From: Schmidtea nova | Lineage: Eukaryota | Direction: 5' to 3' | Length of the DNA: 64,000 bases | NCBI GenBank assembly: GCA_044892505.1 | Contig: CM097882.1 | Coordinates: forward strand, 282,162,001 to 282,226,000 | Part shown: piece after piece, positions 49,532-61,950 of the stretch | Layout of the letters: each line of letters starts with the position of its first letter | Numbering within the stretch: position 1 is the first letter of the stretch | The notes under the pieces: generated by a model | Told to the model about the DNA's origin: nothing | Databases searched by the model: none | Seen by the model: only the letters and a program-made list of their open reading frames with translations | Translations under genes and position numbers: made by a program

Positions 49532-52500
49532 TAATTAATTAAATTATTTTTAATTTAAAAGGAGTTTAGGAACTCTTTACATCTCCTTTTTTTAAAATAT
49601 TTAATCCTTTCAATATTTCTGATTATATTCTTCCCATCCTTGTTTTCTAATAAGTAACTTTTTTCATGAATTTGTTTTTTACTGTATATGGACCTTCATA
49701 CCTCTCGTGGTCTTTATTTCGAATTTCCTTTTTTACTAACACTCCTTTTCTAATTTCTAATTCTCTTTTTGTTTTGACTTCCTTTTCCTGTCTTTTATCT
49801 TCTAATCTCTGCATAATGTCTTCTCTATTTATTTTATTATTAACATGCCATTGCAATCTATTAATCTTTCTTCCAAAAATAATTTCAGCTGGGCTAACTC
49901 CAGTAGTTTTCTGAGCTATCGCATTTAAAGTGTATTCTATATCAGGTAATAATTCTGCCCAATTTTTCTTCATTCAATCATTTATGTGTTAATATAATCT
50001 CTAATAGTTCGAAACTGTCTTTTAACTAAACCATTGGTATTATGGTAATACGGACTTGAAAATATTAACTCTATACCTGCTGTCTTTGCCAGTTTTTTAA
50101 TGCTATTTGCTTCGAAATTCTTTCAACAATCAACATGTAATTATTTAGGTGCCCAAAATTTAAGTATCCATTTACGTAACAAAAATTTTCCTATTGTTTA
50201 TTTCATCCTGTTTACTAATAGCAATTAGTCAAATATATTTACTGTAATGATCAATTATAGCAGAAATATATTTATCTCCCTTAAATGTTTCTGTTAAAGG
50301 TCCATAGATATCCATGTATATTTTTTCAAAAGGTTCAAAAGCTTGAATGACTTTGGTTTCTTCTTTAGACTATGTGGTCATAACTTTGTTTTTCTGGCAT
50401 GATTCACATGTAAAGATAGTCGCCTTAATTTCCTTTGCCAAGTCTAACATATCAAAATTGTTCTGAATGTATTTCATTACTTTTTCTACCCCTGCATGAC
50501 ACAATAGCAAATGTGTTTTCTTTATCATTTCTAATCTTTTAATTTCTGGTATCCATATTTTCTCTTTATTCGTATAGACTATATTATTTTTTATATAAAA
50601 TTTATCCTTTTCATTTCTATTAATTCTATCTTTTATATTTTGTATCTCTGCATTATTCTTTTGCCATTCTGTCATCAAAGTTAACAGCCTAGTTTTTAAT
50701 TTTCCTGATTTTCGATTTTCATGCTCCATTGCACATTGTACACATTTTACGCAGATATTTCTAGAAAGCATATCTGCATTAGTATGCGCAGTACCTTTTC
50801 TGAACTCCATTTTTATGTCCAAACTACTTAAATAATTTATCCATGTTTGGAATTGTGCTGTTATTGGATTTTTTGTCGTTAACATAAAAGTAATCGCTTT
50901 ATGGTCAGTTTGTAAGATAAATCGTTTACCAAATTAAAATAATGATTGAAATGACGACAAAAAATAGTAAATAGCCAAATGTTCCTTTCGTGTAATACAA
51001 TATCCTCTTTCGTGTTAGCCCATTGCATGTGACAAATATGCTAAAACATGCTCGTACCCCCATTCATCAGTTTGCGATAAAACTGTCCCAATCGTATCAA
51101 AACTTGCGTCTGTGTATAATATAAATTCCTTCCTGAAATCTGGGAATACAAGAACTGGTGAATACAAGACCTTTTCACATTCCTCAGTTCAAATCATATT
51201 TTCATTGCTATTTCCGCATATATTTTTCTAAGGTTCTTTTTTTCTTTGCATAATCCCTAATAAATCTGCGATAATAATTACATATATCCAAAAACCTCAA
51301 ATTTTTTATACATTTTGGTTTTTGAAATGACTGGATCGCTTCAATATTATTTTTGTCTGTACTTACTCCTTGGCTGTTTATAACGTGACCGAAGAATTTA
51401 ACTTCATCTTTTAGTAACTGACACTTTTCAGGATTAATTTTTAATATTGCCTCCAATATTTTCTCTAACACTTTTTCGAAAGTCTTGTAGTGTTTCTGTA
51501 CAGTTTTTGTAAAAATCAAAATATCATCTAAACACACCATTACCCCTTCTTTATTTAGATCTTTTAATACTTTTGTCATTAATTCTTGAAATGTGCCTGG
51601 CGCAGCTGCAATGCCTAATGGAATTCGATTAAAACAAAATTTGCCTTCTTTAGTAGAAAAAGCAGTCTTTCCTTGATATTCAATATCTAATCTTACTTGA
51701 TAATAAGCGTTCCCGAGATCTCTAGAACTAAAGTATTTAGATCCATGTAGTGTATCTAAGATTTCTTCAACGTTCGGCATTGGAAAAGCTTGTCTTTCGG
51801 TAATTTTATTCAGTTGTCTAAAGTCTAAACAAAGTCTAATATCTTTTTTTCTCTTTTTTTCACACGCATACTAAAGGTGTATTCCAAGGCGTGTTAAATT
51901 TCCTTATGATATCATTATTTTCTAAATTTTTTATTGCATTATTTATTTTCTCCTCTAAATTGATAGCTGTTCTCTCGTCTTTATCATTATTAGTTCACCT
52001 TTTGTAATAATTTTATGTTCAATTAAATCCGTACATCCAATATCCCACTAATCTGTCATAAAAACATTTATATTTTTCTTTACAATTTCTAAAAGTTTAT
52101 TATTCTCGTATAATTTTAAAGTTTCTATTGTTTTCTGTAGCTATCGGGGTTCCAACCTTCGTTGGCGATACCCCTAAAACAAAAGTCAATACGATAAAAT
52201 ATAACATTTATTTAAAAGGTTTCTTCTTGTGCTTCTTTGAAACTGCTTCTTTCTTCGTGTNNNNNNNNNNNNNNNNNNNNNNNNNNNNNNNNNNNNNNNN
52301 NNNNNNNNNNNNNNNNNNNNNNNNNNNNNNNNNNNNNNNNNNNNNNNNNNNNNNNNNNNNNNNNNNNNNNNNNNNNNNNNNNNNNNNNNNNNNNNNNNNN
52401 NNNNNNNNNNNNNNNNNNNNNNNNNNNNNNNNNNNNNNNNNNNNNNNNNNNNNNNNNNNNNNNNNNNNNNNNCTCAGTATTTGTAATATTTCTTCCAAAT

Positions 52501-53553
52501 TAGCTTCTATTTCACATATAAAATCATTCAATCTTTCACATTTACCCTCTATATATCTTAATTCTATTCCAAACTGTTTCTGCAATTCCACTCCTCCAAT
52601 TATATCCGGGACAATGTTTGCAACTACAATAAATGTTACTTTTCTTGCTATATTACCAATTCTAACATCAATTTGTATCTTTCCTACTGTTTCCAGTATG
52701 CTATCATTTGCACATCTTAATTTATAGTTTGTCCTTATTATTTCAACATTTTCTAATTTATCCACAACTGATTTAGTCATAACATTCATTCCATTTTATG
52801 GAGCTGAATTTCAAAAGTTGTACTTGGTCTATCTTGCATTTTATTACATGTCAATCGTGGCTCTTCCCATTCTTCTTCAGTGAATATATTTTGCTTCTCC
52901 TTAAAATTTGATTTAACCAATATTTCATTCATCCATATTTTATTATTTTTCTCTGTATTCTCTAATTTTTTTAAAAACTTAAACTTTTTCTGCTATTATT
53001 TCATTACTACATTCTGTTTTTTTAATTTATTATCTTTTTGATCAGTATTAAAAAAATTACGTACATTAAGTACATTACTACTTTTTAAATTACATATTTT
53101 TTTAGATAAAGTTTTTATACTATTATATATAAGTATTATACATAAGAATTATTTACATCATTATTAAAACTATGGTCAATATCTGCACTAATATCAAAAT
53201 TACCTAATAAATTGCTCCGAACATTGCCTCTCGTGTCAAAGCGTGTCCTTTTGGGTGCTGGACGTCATCGCATTTGTCCTCAGAATCATCAGAATAGTCC
53301 ATTGGCATCATTTCATCCTTAGCTTAAATAGCTGCTACTGTTTATTGGTGGTGTTGATTCCTCTGTTGATATCTCATTGATCGATTTGGATAGAAATTAT
53401 GGTTTCCTCCATTCTGATAAGTTCCAAATCTTCTTCTTTCTAAGTTGGTACAACAATCATTTTCTTTGTGTCACGAATTTGACATCTTTGACATTGACTT
53501 GTTGGTCATTCTCGATGTACATGCCATTCCACTCCACATACTGAGTTCTTACA
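49532..53553 (-). mobile_element. Ty3/Gypsy element C, 5' part missing
   Basis: PPT AAAAAAAGGAGA then 3' LTR start TGTAAAGAG at 49581 running into a gap; INT, RH and RT (VCLDDIL) ORF pieces; gag zinc-knuckle remnants up to about 53553. Confidence 0.88.
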
Positions 53554-53828
53554 ATTTGAATAAAATAAAAACTTTTTAAAAATCTAAAGTACAAAGGTAA
53601 GATTTGGTATCATTCGAAAGGCCTTTACAAGCTGCATACGATAGTCTTATTTTTGAAGGTGTGTAATCGAAAAATAAAATTTTGAAACAAAAAAAAATTC
53701 AACTTTTTTCAAACAAATTATATATAGTTGAAAAGGTTTTTTCATGGTCATAACAAACAAGGCTCAAAATATTTAAAACTATGTATATCAAAAGTTAATA
53801 GCGTTGATGGTGTGCAAATATAATTTCA

Positions 53829-53997
53829 AACCTTTCATAAGCAACGACATTGCAAGTTAACAAAGACATTGCAAGGCAGATGCAAGTTAACAAAGACATT
53901 ACAATGCCGATGCAACTTAACAAATACATTGCAATGCCAATGCAAGTTAACAAAGACATTGCAATGCCAATGCAAGACAAATTTATAAAGAAATGTA
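53829..53997. repeat. 30-bp minisatellite (TGCAAGTTAACAAAGACATTGCAATGCCAA); inverted arrays at about 55405-55570 and 56455-56620, remnants at 54390-54580
   Basis: Directly visible tandem units; they explain the MQVNKDIAIQ / MSLLTCICIA repeat ORFs. Confidence 0.9.
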
Positions 53998-54692
53998 NNN
54001 NNNNNNNNNNNNNNNNNNNNNNNNNNNNNNNNNNNNNNNNNNNNNNNNNNNNNNNNNNNNNNNNNNNNNNNNNNNNNNNNNNNNNNNNNNNNNNNNNNNN
54101 NNNNNNNNNNNNNNNNNNNNNNNNNNNNNNNNNNNNNNNNNNNNNNNNNNNNNNNNNNNNNNNNNNNNNNNNNNNNNNNNNNNNNNNNNNNNNNNNNNNN
54201 NNNNNNNNNNNNNNNNNNNNNNNNNNNNNNNNNNNNNNAATTTTTAAAACTATATATCATTAGAAAGGTATTTAAGATGTGAGTATGGTGGTCATATCCT
54301 CAAATCTTCAAGATGTCAAAAAATAATTAAAATACCTCTGCGTAATATATATTTATTTTCCCACCAATTTTGAAACTGCAATCCATGTGCAATATTAACA
54401 AAGACATTGCAAGCCCAATTAACAAAGACATGCATGCAAGTTAATAATAATAATATAATTTTGACACTGCAATCCATGTGCAATATTAACAAAAACATTA
54501 CAATACATATGCAAGTTAACAAATACATTGCAATACCCGTGTAAGCAAAATTAACAAAGACATATATGCAAGTTAATAATAATAATAAAAATAATAATAA
54601 TAATAATAAAAATAAAAATAAATGTTAAATCTATGATGAAATTATCCAGTTTTATTATGACTCCTAATGATATTGATTCTACTGAATTCAAT

Positions 54693-54938
54693 ATGAATAC
54701 CATTTTCTGGTCATGCATGGAATTTCTACTTGGAAAATACCGTACTCTTATTCGAACTTTCATGCGGAATGCGGATATTTAAGAGGTAAATGTCAACAAA
54801 AAATTGAAAGAAACCAAACAAAGATTTCTCACATGTTCAATATGTAATATCAATAAAGTTTGCATTTTATATTTACCTTGTGGACATGTCATTATTTGTT
54901 CAAAATGTTTAAAAAACATGAATAAGTGTGAATCTTGT
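54693..54938 (+). pseudogene. IAP-type RING finger (C3HC4) remnant with weak BIR-like sequence upstream
   Basis: KLKETKQRFLT-CSICNINKVCILYLPCGHVIICSKCLKNMNKCESC has exact IAP RING spacing C-x2-C-x11-C-x-H-x3-C-x2-C-x6-C-x2-C; in-frame stop at 54780; C-terminus replaced by (TA)n. Confidence 0.7.
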
Positions 54939-54974
54939 AGTATATATATATATATATATATTGATGAATATCAT

Positions 54975-55028
<54 letters not shown>

Positions 55029-55788
55029 GTTGTATAAAATATATGTATTTTCATCTAATTTTACTAAAACAGATTGTCAAAAAGCTTTCCACTCAAACAT
55101 AAAATTAATAAAAGTTGACTAGATAATATAAATTTACTGAATTCATAGCTCGATTTACTAGCTGATATATAGAAAATTGTAATATTTTACCAATGATACT
55201 GAGAAAATGATCATTAATTTACTAAATTTTCAACTAGCTTTTATTGATACACAGAATTTTTTTTTTGAATTTATTTTCGACAATATCACATTACCAATTT
55301 TGTAGATATAGAAATAATTATTTACTGATACAATTTAATCAATGATATTTTTAGCAGAACCTTGTTAGGACGCACTTTGTGATTTATTATTATTATTATC
55401 ATTATTATTATTAACTTGCATATATAACTTTGTTAATTTGGCTGGCATAGGTTTTGCAATGTCTTTGTTAACTTGCATCTGTATTGCAATGTCTTTGTTA
55501 ACTTGCATCTGTATTGCAATGTCTTTGTTAACTTGCATCTGTATTGCAATGTCTTTGTTAATATTGCACATGAATTGCAGTGTCAAAATGGGTAGGACAA
55601 TAAATATATATTACGTTGAGGTATTTTAATTATATTTTTTGATATCTTGATGGTTTGAGGATATGATCACCATTCTCAAATACCTTTCAAATTATATATA
55701 TATATAGTCTTAAAAATTTGAACCCTTGAATGTTTTTAAAATTTTATTATTATATTTTATAACTTTTGGAAATGTTTATTAGTTAAGC

Positions 55789-55827
<39 letters not shown>

Positions 55828-55879
55828 CTTTTTTCACCTTTGATCTTTTTTTATTATTATTATCAATAATTCTCATAAT

Positions 55880-56300
55880 GACTATAGATCAAATTTTTTT
55901 TATAAACATTAACACAATATTTCGGCACAGCCTTTATCAAGTGTTTTTATAAAAATTTTTTTTATAAACAATAACTTTTTATAAACAATAACCGTCCATC
56001 AACATTCAATTCGCACAAAAAAATTAAAATAAATTTTTTAATCCAATAAAATCATTATAAAATATTAAAAAAATAATTAAGGTTACTATTTAGGATTAAG
56101 TAAATATAACGATAGAAAAAAATTTTCTATCGTTATATTTACTTAATCCTAAATAGTAACCTTAATTATTTTTTTAATATTTTATAATGATTTTATTGGA
56201 TTAAAAAATTTATTTTAATTTTTTTGTGCGAATTGAATGTTGATGGACGGTTATTGTTTATAAAGTTATTGTTTATAAAAAAAATTTTTGATCTATAGTC
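55880..56300. repeat. About 420-bp near-perfect palindrome centred near 56120
   Basis: GACTATAGATC...GTAAATATAACGATAGAAAA | TTTTCTATCGTTATATTTAC...GATCTATAGTC; same family as 35430-35515 and 40814-40978; (ATT)n tract at 55790-55828. Confidence 0.9.
55911..55945 (-). ncRNA. Minimal hammerhead-like motif, family 2 (U3-A8 core)
   Basis: AACAC UUGAUAA A GGC UGU GCC GAAA UAUU GUGUU; helix I co-varies with the 40.8 kb copy (AACAC/GUGUU versus UACAC/GUGUA). Confidence 0.65.
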
Positions 56301-56918
56301 NNNNNNNNNNNNNNNNNNNNNNNNNNNNNNNNNNNNNNNNNNNNNNNNNNNNNNNNNNNNNNNNNNNNNNNNNNNNNNNNNNNNNNNNNNNNNNNNNNNN
56401 NNNNNNNNNNNNNNNNNNNNNNNNNNNNNNNTTACATATCTTTAAAAATTTGGCTTGCACAGGTATTGAAATGTGTTTGTTAATCGGGTTTGCTTACAAT
56501 GCACGGTTATTGCAATATCTTTGTTAACTTGTATCTGTATTGCAATGTCTTTGTTAAGTTGTTTTGGCATTGTAATGCCTTTGTTAAGATTTTTTGGCAC
56601 TGCAATGTCTTTGTTAATTATGTCATTGTTTAAAAATTATAGTTGCACATCATCTACGCTTTTGATATACATAGTATGTATATTTTGAGCCTTGTTTGTT
56701 ATGAGCATGAAAAAACCTTTTCAATCATATATAATTTGTTTGAAAAAATTTGAAGTTGTTGTTTTTGTTTAAAAATTATATTTTTCGATCACACACCTTA
56801 AAATATAGCGTAATCGTGTTCAGTTCACGAAGGCCTTTCGAATGATACCAAAGTTGACTTAAAAAAAATTGAACTTTTTATTTTTATCTAAAGATTTTTT
56901 TTATCATACACCTTAAAG

Positions 56919-57978
56919 CAGCGCTTCTCAACCTTTCTGTTATTGCGACCCAGTTTACCAACGTAAATATTCTCTCGCCCCTCCCCCTTTTTGATCTATC
57001 GAAAATTATAGTGTCATAATGAAAACGGTCCAATATTTGTGCATTTAATTTTATTGGTTTGCTTTAAATGCACAGTAATGTATACGTCTATCCCTACTCT
57101 TTATACCAACGCCTACTAAAACACAGGCCTAACACAAATAGTGGGAGGTTGGGGTATTGTCCCGTCTGCTAATTCCGAATGCATATGAGTTTCGGGAGGT
57201 TGTCATTGTATGTGTGTGCAGTATGTGGGCAACTAGCACCGCCTGGTGGTTAGAATCATAAACGTTTGACAGATGTTACTGCACCGCCGCAATACGTGAT
57301 CGGTCGTCTCGCGCTCACGAATGTGGCTGTATGGAATGTGACCATCGCTGTGAACGCACGGAACCTCTGCTAACATATTATCAGCATATTTCAAAGCATA
57401 TCGATGTTCCTAGAACATAGAACCCTATAACTCCAAGCTAGCGACATGTATGATAGAAGAGCAAGGCGTACGGTAGCATGTTTATGTCACGTGGTTCGTA
57501 CGAATTTGGATGACGAGTTTGCGACATTAAAACGAAGACCTTTCCAAATACTTTTACCGTTTTCAACATCTTATCTTTACGAAACCGGGTTTTCTGCGGT
57601 GGCTTCGTTGAAAACAAAATACAGATCACAGCTAATTATAGAAAAGGAACTTAGGGTATCCATATCTGGTATTACTCCTTCATTTCAAAAACTTTGCAAT
57701 GAGAAACAGGCTCAAGGAAGTCATTAATTATTAACAATACCATATTTAACTGGTATTTGTTTCATACTAATAAACTTAAATAATAAATATAATAAATTAT
57801 TTATTGGTAATATGTAATTATAAACTGTATTCTTATTTTAAATAAATATATATATATATATATATAAATTTTTTAATTATACAATTTCTTTTATTTGACC
57901 TTCAACAAAGTTTTAATTTTGTTTTTAAATATACTCGCGCCCCCCAAAGGGGGCGCCCCTACAGGTTAAGAATCGCTG
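56919..57978 (+). mobile_element. Non-autonomous Buster/Charlie-type hAT element
   Basis: TIRs CAGCGCTTCTCAACCT / AGGTTAAGAATCGCTG; 8-bp TSD CCTTAAAG/CCTTAAAA (NNNTANNN); retains the dimerisation-domain tail LLPFSTSYLYETGFSA...KQAQGSH (57446-57727). Confidence 0.9.
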
Positions 57979-58081
57979 CCTTAAAAAATAATACCATCGT
58001 GTGCAGCTCGCGAAGGCCTTTCGAATGATATTAGATTTTACCTTGGTACTTTAAATTTTAAAAATTTATTTAAATTTGAAA

Positions 58082-58266
58082 TGAGTCATCGATGCGTCAT
58101 CGGATGAGTCATCAATGAGTCACCAATTTAAAATTTTAAAAAACTTTCGATGAGTCATAGGTAAGTTATCGGTGAGTCCGAAAAATCAATAAATTTTTAA
58201 AAATAATGAAAATTGAAAATTTTTAAATGATGACTCATCGATGAGTCAAAAAATTTTGATGAGTCA
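58082..58266. promoter_or_regulatory. Cluster of seven TGA(G/C)TCA (AP-1/TRE consensus) motifs
   Basis: Perfect matches at 58082, 58105, 58116, 58151, 58231, 58242 and 58260, plus two near matches; function not shown. Confidence 0.35.
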
Positions 58267-58412
58267 TAGATTGGTAAAAAACTTTTTAAAAAAGATAAAA
58301 TTTTTTTAAAAATGCCCTTTCGTCTACTCAGATTTTTTACCCTCTTGGAGGCTTTGTTAAAAAGTGCCCAACGCGTGTCTTTGTCTTTGACTCTGCACAT
58401 CTACCTACTAAT

Positions 58413-59420
58413 ATGGCTACTCGGAGAGAGCTTACCGACTTTCAGAAAGGCATTATTTATGGCTGTTACCTTTGTGGAAAAAGTCAGGGTGAAACTGCTG
58501 TATTGACTGGCCATCCCAAAGGAACTATTAACTACTTCCTGAGGAAGTACCCCCAGGAGCAGACACATGTCAACAAGCGACGTTCAGGACGCCCTAAACT
58601 TCTGAGTATCCGTACGCAACGGCAGCTGAAACGACTTGTGGTGGCTCATCGTTGGTTCCCCTGTCCAAGTTAGTGTCAACATTTATCACTGACCCAGTGC
58701 ATGCCAGCATGTCCACCATTTGTCGCGCATTACATTTTCATGGTTTCAATGGCAGATACTGCACAAGGGAGCCTTTGAATACAGAAACAATTCGTCGTCG
58801 TAGTGCCGGGAGAGAAGGAGTTGGACAGCAGCACAATGACGCTTAGTCATTTGGAGTGATGAATCACGTTTCACTCTTTTCAAATCTGATGGACAGCAAT
58901 TCTGCTGGCGCGTATAAGAGAACGATTTCACCCCGACTACATTCAGCCAACTGTGAAATATGGAGGAGGCTCCATCATGTTTTGAAGTCTTGTCTCAGCT
59001 CGTGGAACTGACCCTCTAGTGAAGTTCAGCAATCACATGACGTCAGTGGAAAACCGTGCCATTCTGGAAAATAAGCTTGTTCCCTTTCTCCCAGAAATTG
59101 AGGGGCTCATTTTCCGACAGGATAATGCACCAATCTATACTTCGCATATTATGAAGGAATTCTCTTTGCAGCACGGCATCAAAGTTTTGGATTGGATCCC
59201 ACAAAGCCCTAATCTGAATCCTATTGAGTTTCTGTGGGACGTCCTTGGTAGACTAGTTCGCAAAAGGGTTCCCATTGCCCGTAACTCCTCCGAACTGGAA
59301 ACGCATCTGCATGAGGAATGATCACATATCTCCCCTGATTTCCTGGAAAGTGGTCGATACAATGCCTAAACGAGTGCGACTTGTTATCCAGATGAAAGGT
59401 AATATAACGAAATACTAACT
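58413..59420 (+). pseudogene. Tc1-like transposase (DD34E), frameshifted
   Basis: RSGRPK, WSDESRF, QPTVKYGGGSIM, QDNAP...SPNLNPIE with 34 residues between D and E; TIRs not identified. Confidence 0.9.
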
Positions 59421-59559
59421 CTCTCAGAACTACATACATTCAGTATTCGTGTGTGTTTGTGAATTTGTTCCTATTGCAGTTCATTATAAACTGCAATATG
59501 TAAATAACTGCCTGACTGGAGACTTGGTAAGTCGATATATATATATATATATATATATA

Positions 59560-60200
59560 GATATTTATATAGATATATCGATTTGGTAAACTAGTATTGA
59601 TAATCAGTATTTTAATAGATATAAGGAAAGATTTTGAAAATGCCTATATGAAAAAATATGGCAGACTTAAACATTAAACAGGAATTCGCATCCCCATACC
59701 AACATCAATCAAATGGACTAGCTAAAAGTTTAATACGAATCGAGAGAGGCATGATAACAACATCGTTAGAAAGGAAAGGGAAGAAAATTAAATTGATTGG
59801 AATTACTAAAACGAATTAGCTTCAGTATTAATGCAACGCAGAAAAGCTCCGTAGAATTTTCACCATTTGAAATATTATATAGAAAATTCAGTCTACAAAA
59901 AATGTTCAAAAAACAAGTATATCAGAGTTTATTAATAAAGCCAGAATAAATATAAAGAAAGCGTCCATAAATACAAGTTAATTTGAAAGTGGAAACGGGT
60001 GTCAAAAGACTTTTAAAAAGGTAAATGGGTTTTAGTTCGAATAGAACCACAAAAGTCAGAAAATCGTATAAAGGACAATTTTAAATAGTTAGATTTATCT
60101 CTTCTCATGAAGTGAAGCTTAAGTGCTCTAACGTGATAAAACAATGAAGAATCGAATTTCTGAAAAAGTGAACAAACTCTAAAAGAAGGATATCATTAAA
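59560..60200 (+). mobile_element. Degraded Gypsy integrase fragment
   Basis: Broken-frame WIYRFGK, QEFASPYQHQSNGL, FSINATQK..VEFSPFEI. Confidence 0.7.
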
Positions 60201-61658
60201 TATATCAATGTTTTAATAATCAGTGTTTGTTTGAATAATAAATGTTTATTTTGAATTTTGAAGTATATTTTTAATGAATGAAATTAAATTCATAACTTAA
60301 ATAATTAGACAAATATTAGTTCGAAACATTTTATTAAATAACTAATAATTCTATACAAAAAAATAAATATATTACTGTAACTAAAATTATTCATAGATTT
60401 TATAATTTTTCTATATTATGTGTACTTTGCTTTGAATCACTACATATAGTTACCTGAGCTCGGTATTGTATTCTTTTTGCTTGAAATTTAGCTTACTAAG
60501 TTACATTGCTAACTTGAAGCACTTGCAAGAAAATTTTATGGGTGATCTGACTAAAATATTCTATAGTATTGGCGCCAAATTTTAAAACTTGAAATTTGTT
60601 ATTGACAAGCTTCAGTTACAAATATTACCCACTTGAGTCAGACAAAAATTATTTTTGTTTTTAAACTTGAATTGCTTTCTAATTTCATGACCTCCGTTAG
60701 TTATTAATTTGTTTTAATTAAACAAAGAAAATTTTTAGTAAATTATTATAAAATATTTTTCCATTAGTTTCGAATTAAAATTAATTTACTTAATATATTT
60801 TCTAAATTAATTACATAAAATAATTGTCAGAATCCCATAAAATTTTCTAATATACAGTTTATAAAATAAGATTTTATGCAAATTTCAATCACTAATGACT
60901 TTATAGACATTTGTTTGTTCATTACGTTTACTTTGTACATATAAGGTCCCGTATCTAACACTACTTTTGTCGCCGATAATAGGTGTATTGGGTTTATTGA
61001 CTTCTTACATAGCACTAATTATTTGTTTTAATGCAAATAAATGTCAATATTATGGTATGCATAAGTCAGGAAAAACAGGGTCCGCTAAAACATACAACTC
61101 ACTCTACTCACCTTTGTGATCACAAAGAGAAGCTCACTTGAACATCAAATAAGTTTACGGAAATATCAGTTAGGTGCAATCAAAGAAATGCTTGTGGTAA
61201 TTGAAATTGTTTTAGACACTTCAACTGAAGCACAATTTCCATTTTCACAAGTCTAAATTGACGGATCACTTGGAAAATAATGATTGAACTAAATTCTCAT
61301 CAGAATTTATTCGACTTACAATTTTGAACTTTAATTTGTAGTCATATTTGTTGGACTCAAAAGATCTTTTTTGACCTACAATATATTTACAAAAAAACTA
61401 CTTAACACATGAAGTACCAACTATTCAGTGGCACTTAGTACTTAAAAAGGTACCAGATATTCGTATCTTAAAATTTTATGATAAAAAGGCGGTCTTTTGG
61501 TTTAGATGATATCTGTGCCAGCCATCTAACGTATGGCCTCCCAAGCATGTCATGGCTACCTCTTGGTAGCCGTTGCATTAGACATAAATAATGACAGTTT
61601 TTAATTAAATTAAATTTTTAAATTCACAGTAAACTACCAATCTTTTTACTTTCTTCAG

Positions 61659-61950
61659 ATAGTTAATGATAGTTCTCTCCTTCAATATCCAGGTTCTAGT
61701 GGTTTACACATTCGACTAAAGTCTCTTATTTTGTTTTCAAGGGATTTAAAAGATCTGATGAGATTCAATCAATGCAAAATGCCATTAATTCAGTTGGAAA
61801 GTTTCTATGAACAACATTACGGAATTCCTTTGAAATGCCAAAACTATGGCTACCCATCTTTGTTCAGTTTGATCCAAGCTTGTGACTTTGTCGTTACGCT
61901 CAAGGGTAGAGGAATTAGAGCTTCATTAGTTCTATGTCAGGATTTTGTAG
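61659..61950 (+). CDS. MARF1: MARF1-like exon (LOTUS repeat 8)
   Basis: Acceptor TTCTTCAG|ATA phase 0; SLILFSRDLKDLMRFN...FYEQHYG...YGYPSLFSLIQA; donor GTAG|GTAATT phase 1. Next exon not found in the window. Confidence 0.88.

Larger units (their letters stand above)
20955..56431. other. Assembly gaps at 20955-21138, 40559-40813, 40979-41769, 49298-49531, 52261-52472, 53998-54238 and 56301-56431
   Basis: N runs; the X-containing ORFs in the track are artefacts of these gaps. Confidence 1.
53554..58075. mobile_element. Composite foldback-like element: nested inverted arms around an IAP-RING remnant
   Basis: Arm X 53555-53997 is inverted-homologous to 56432-56900 (plus a second partial end to 58075); arm Y 54239-54600 to 55385-55720; shared motif TATCATTCGAAAGGCC; identity roughly 80% by eye. 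No TSD found. Confidence 0.65.

Noticed and set aside
53829-53997. CRISPR-like array
   Set aside because: Units are head-to-tail with no unique spacers, the context is eukaryotic and no cas genes are present.
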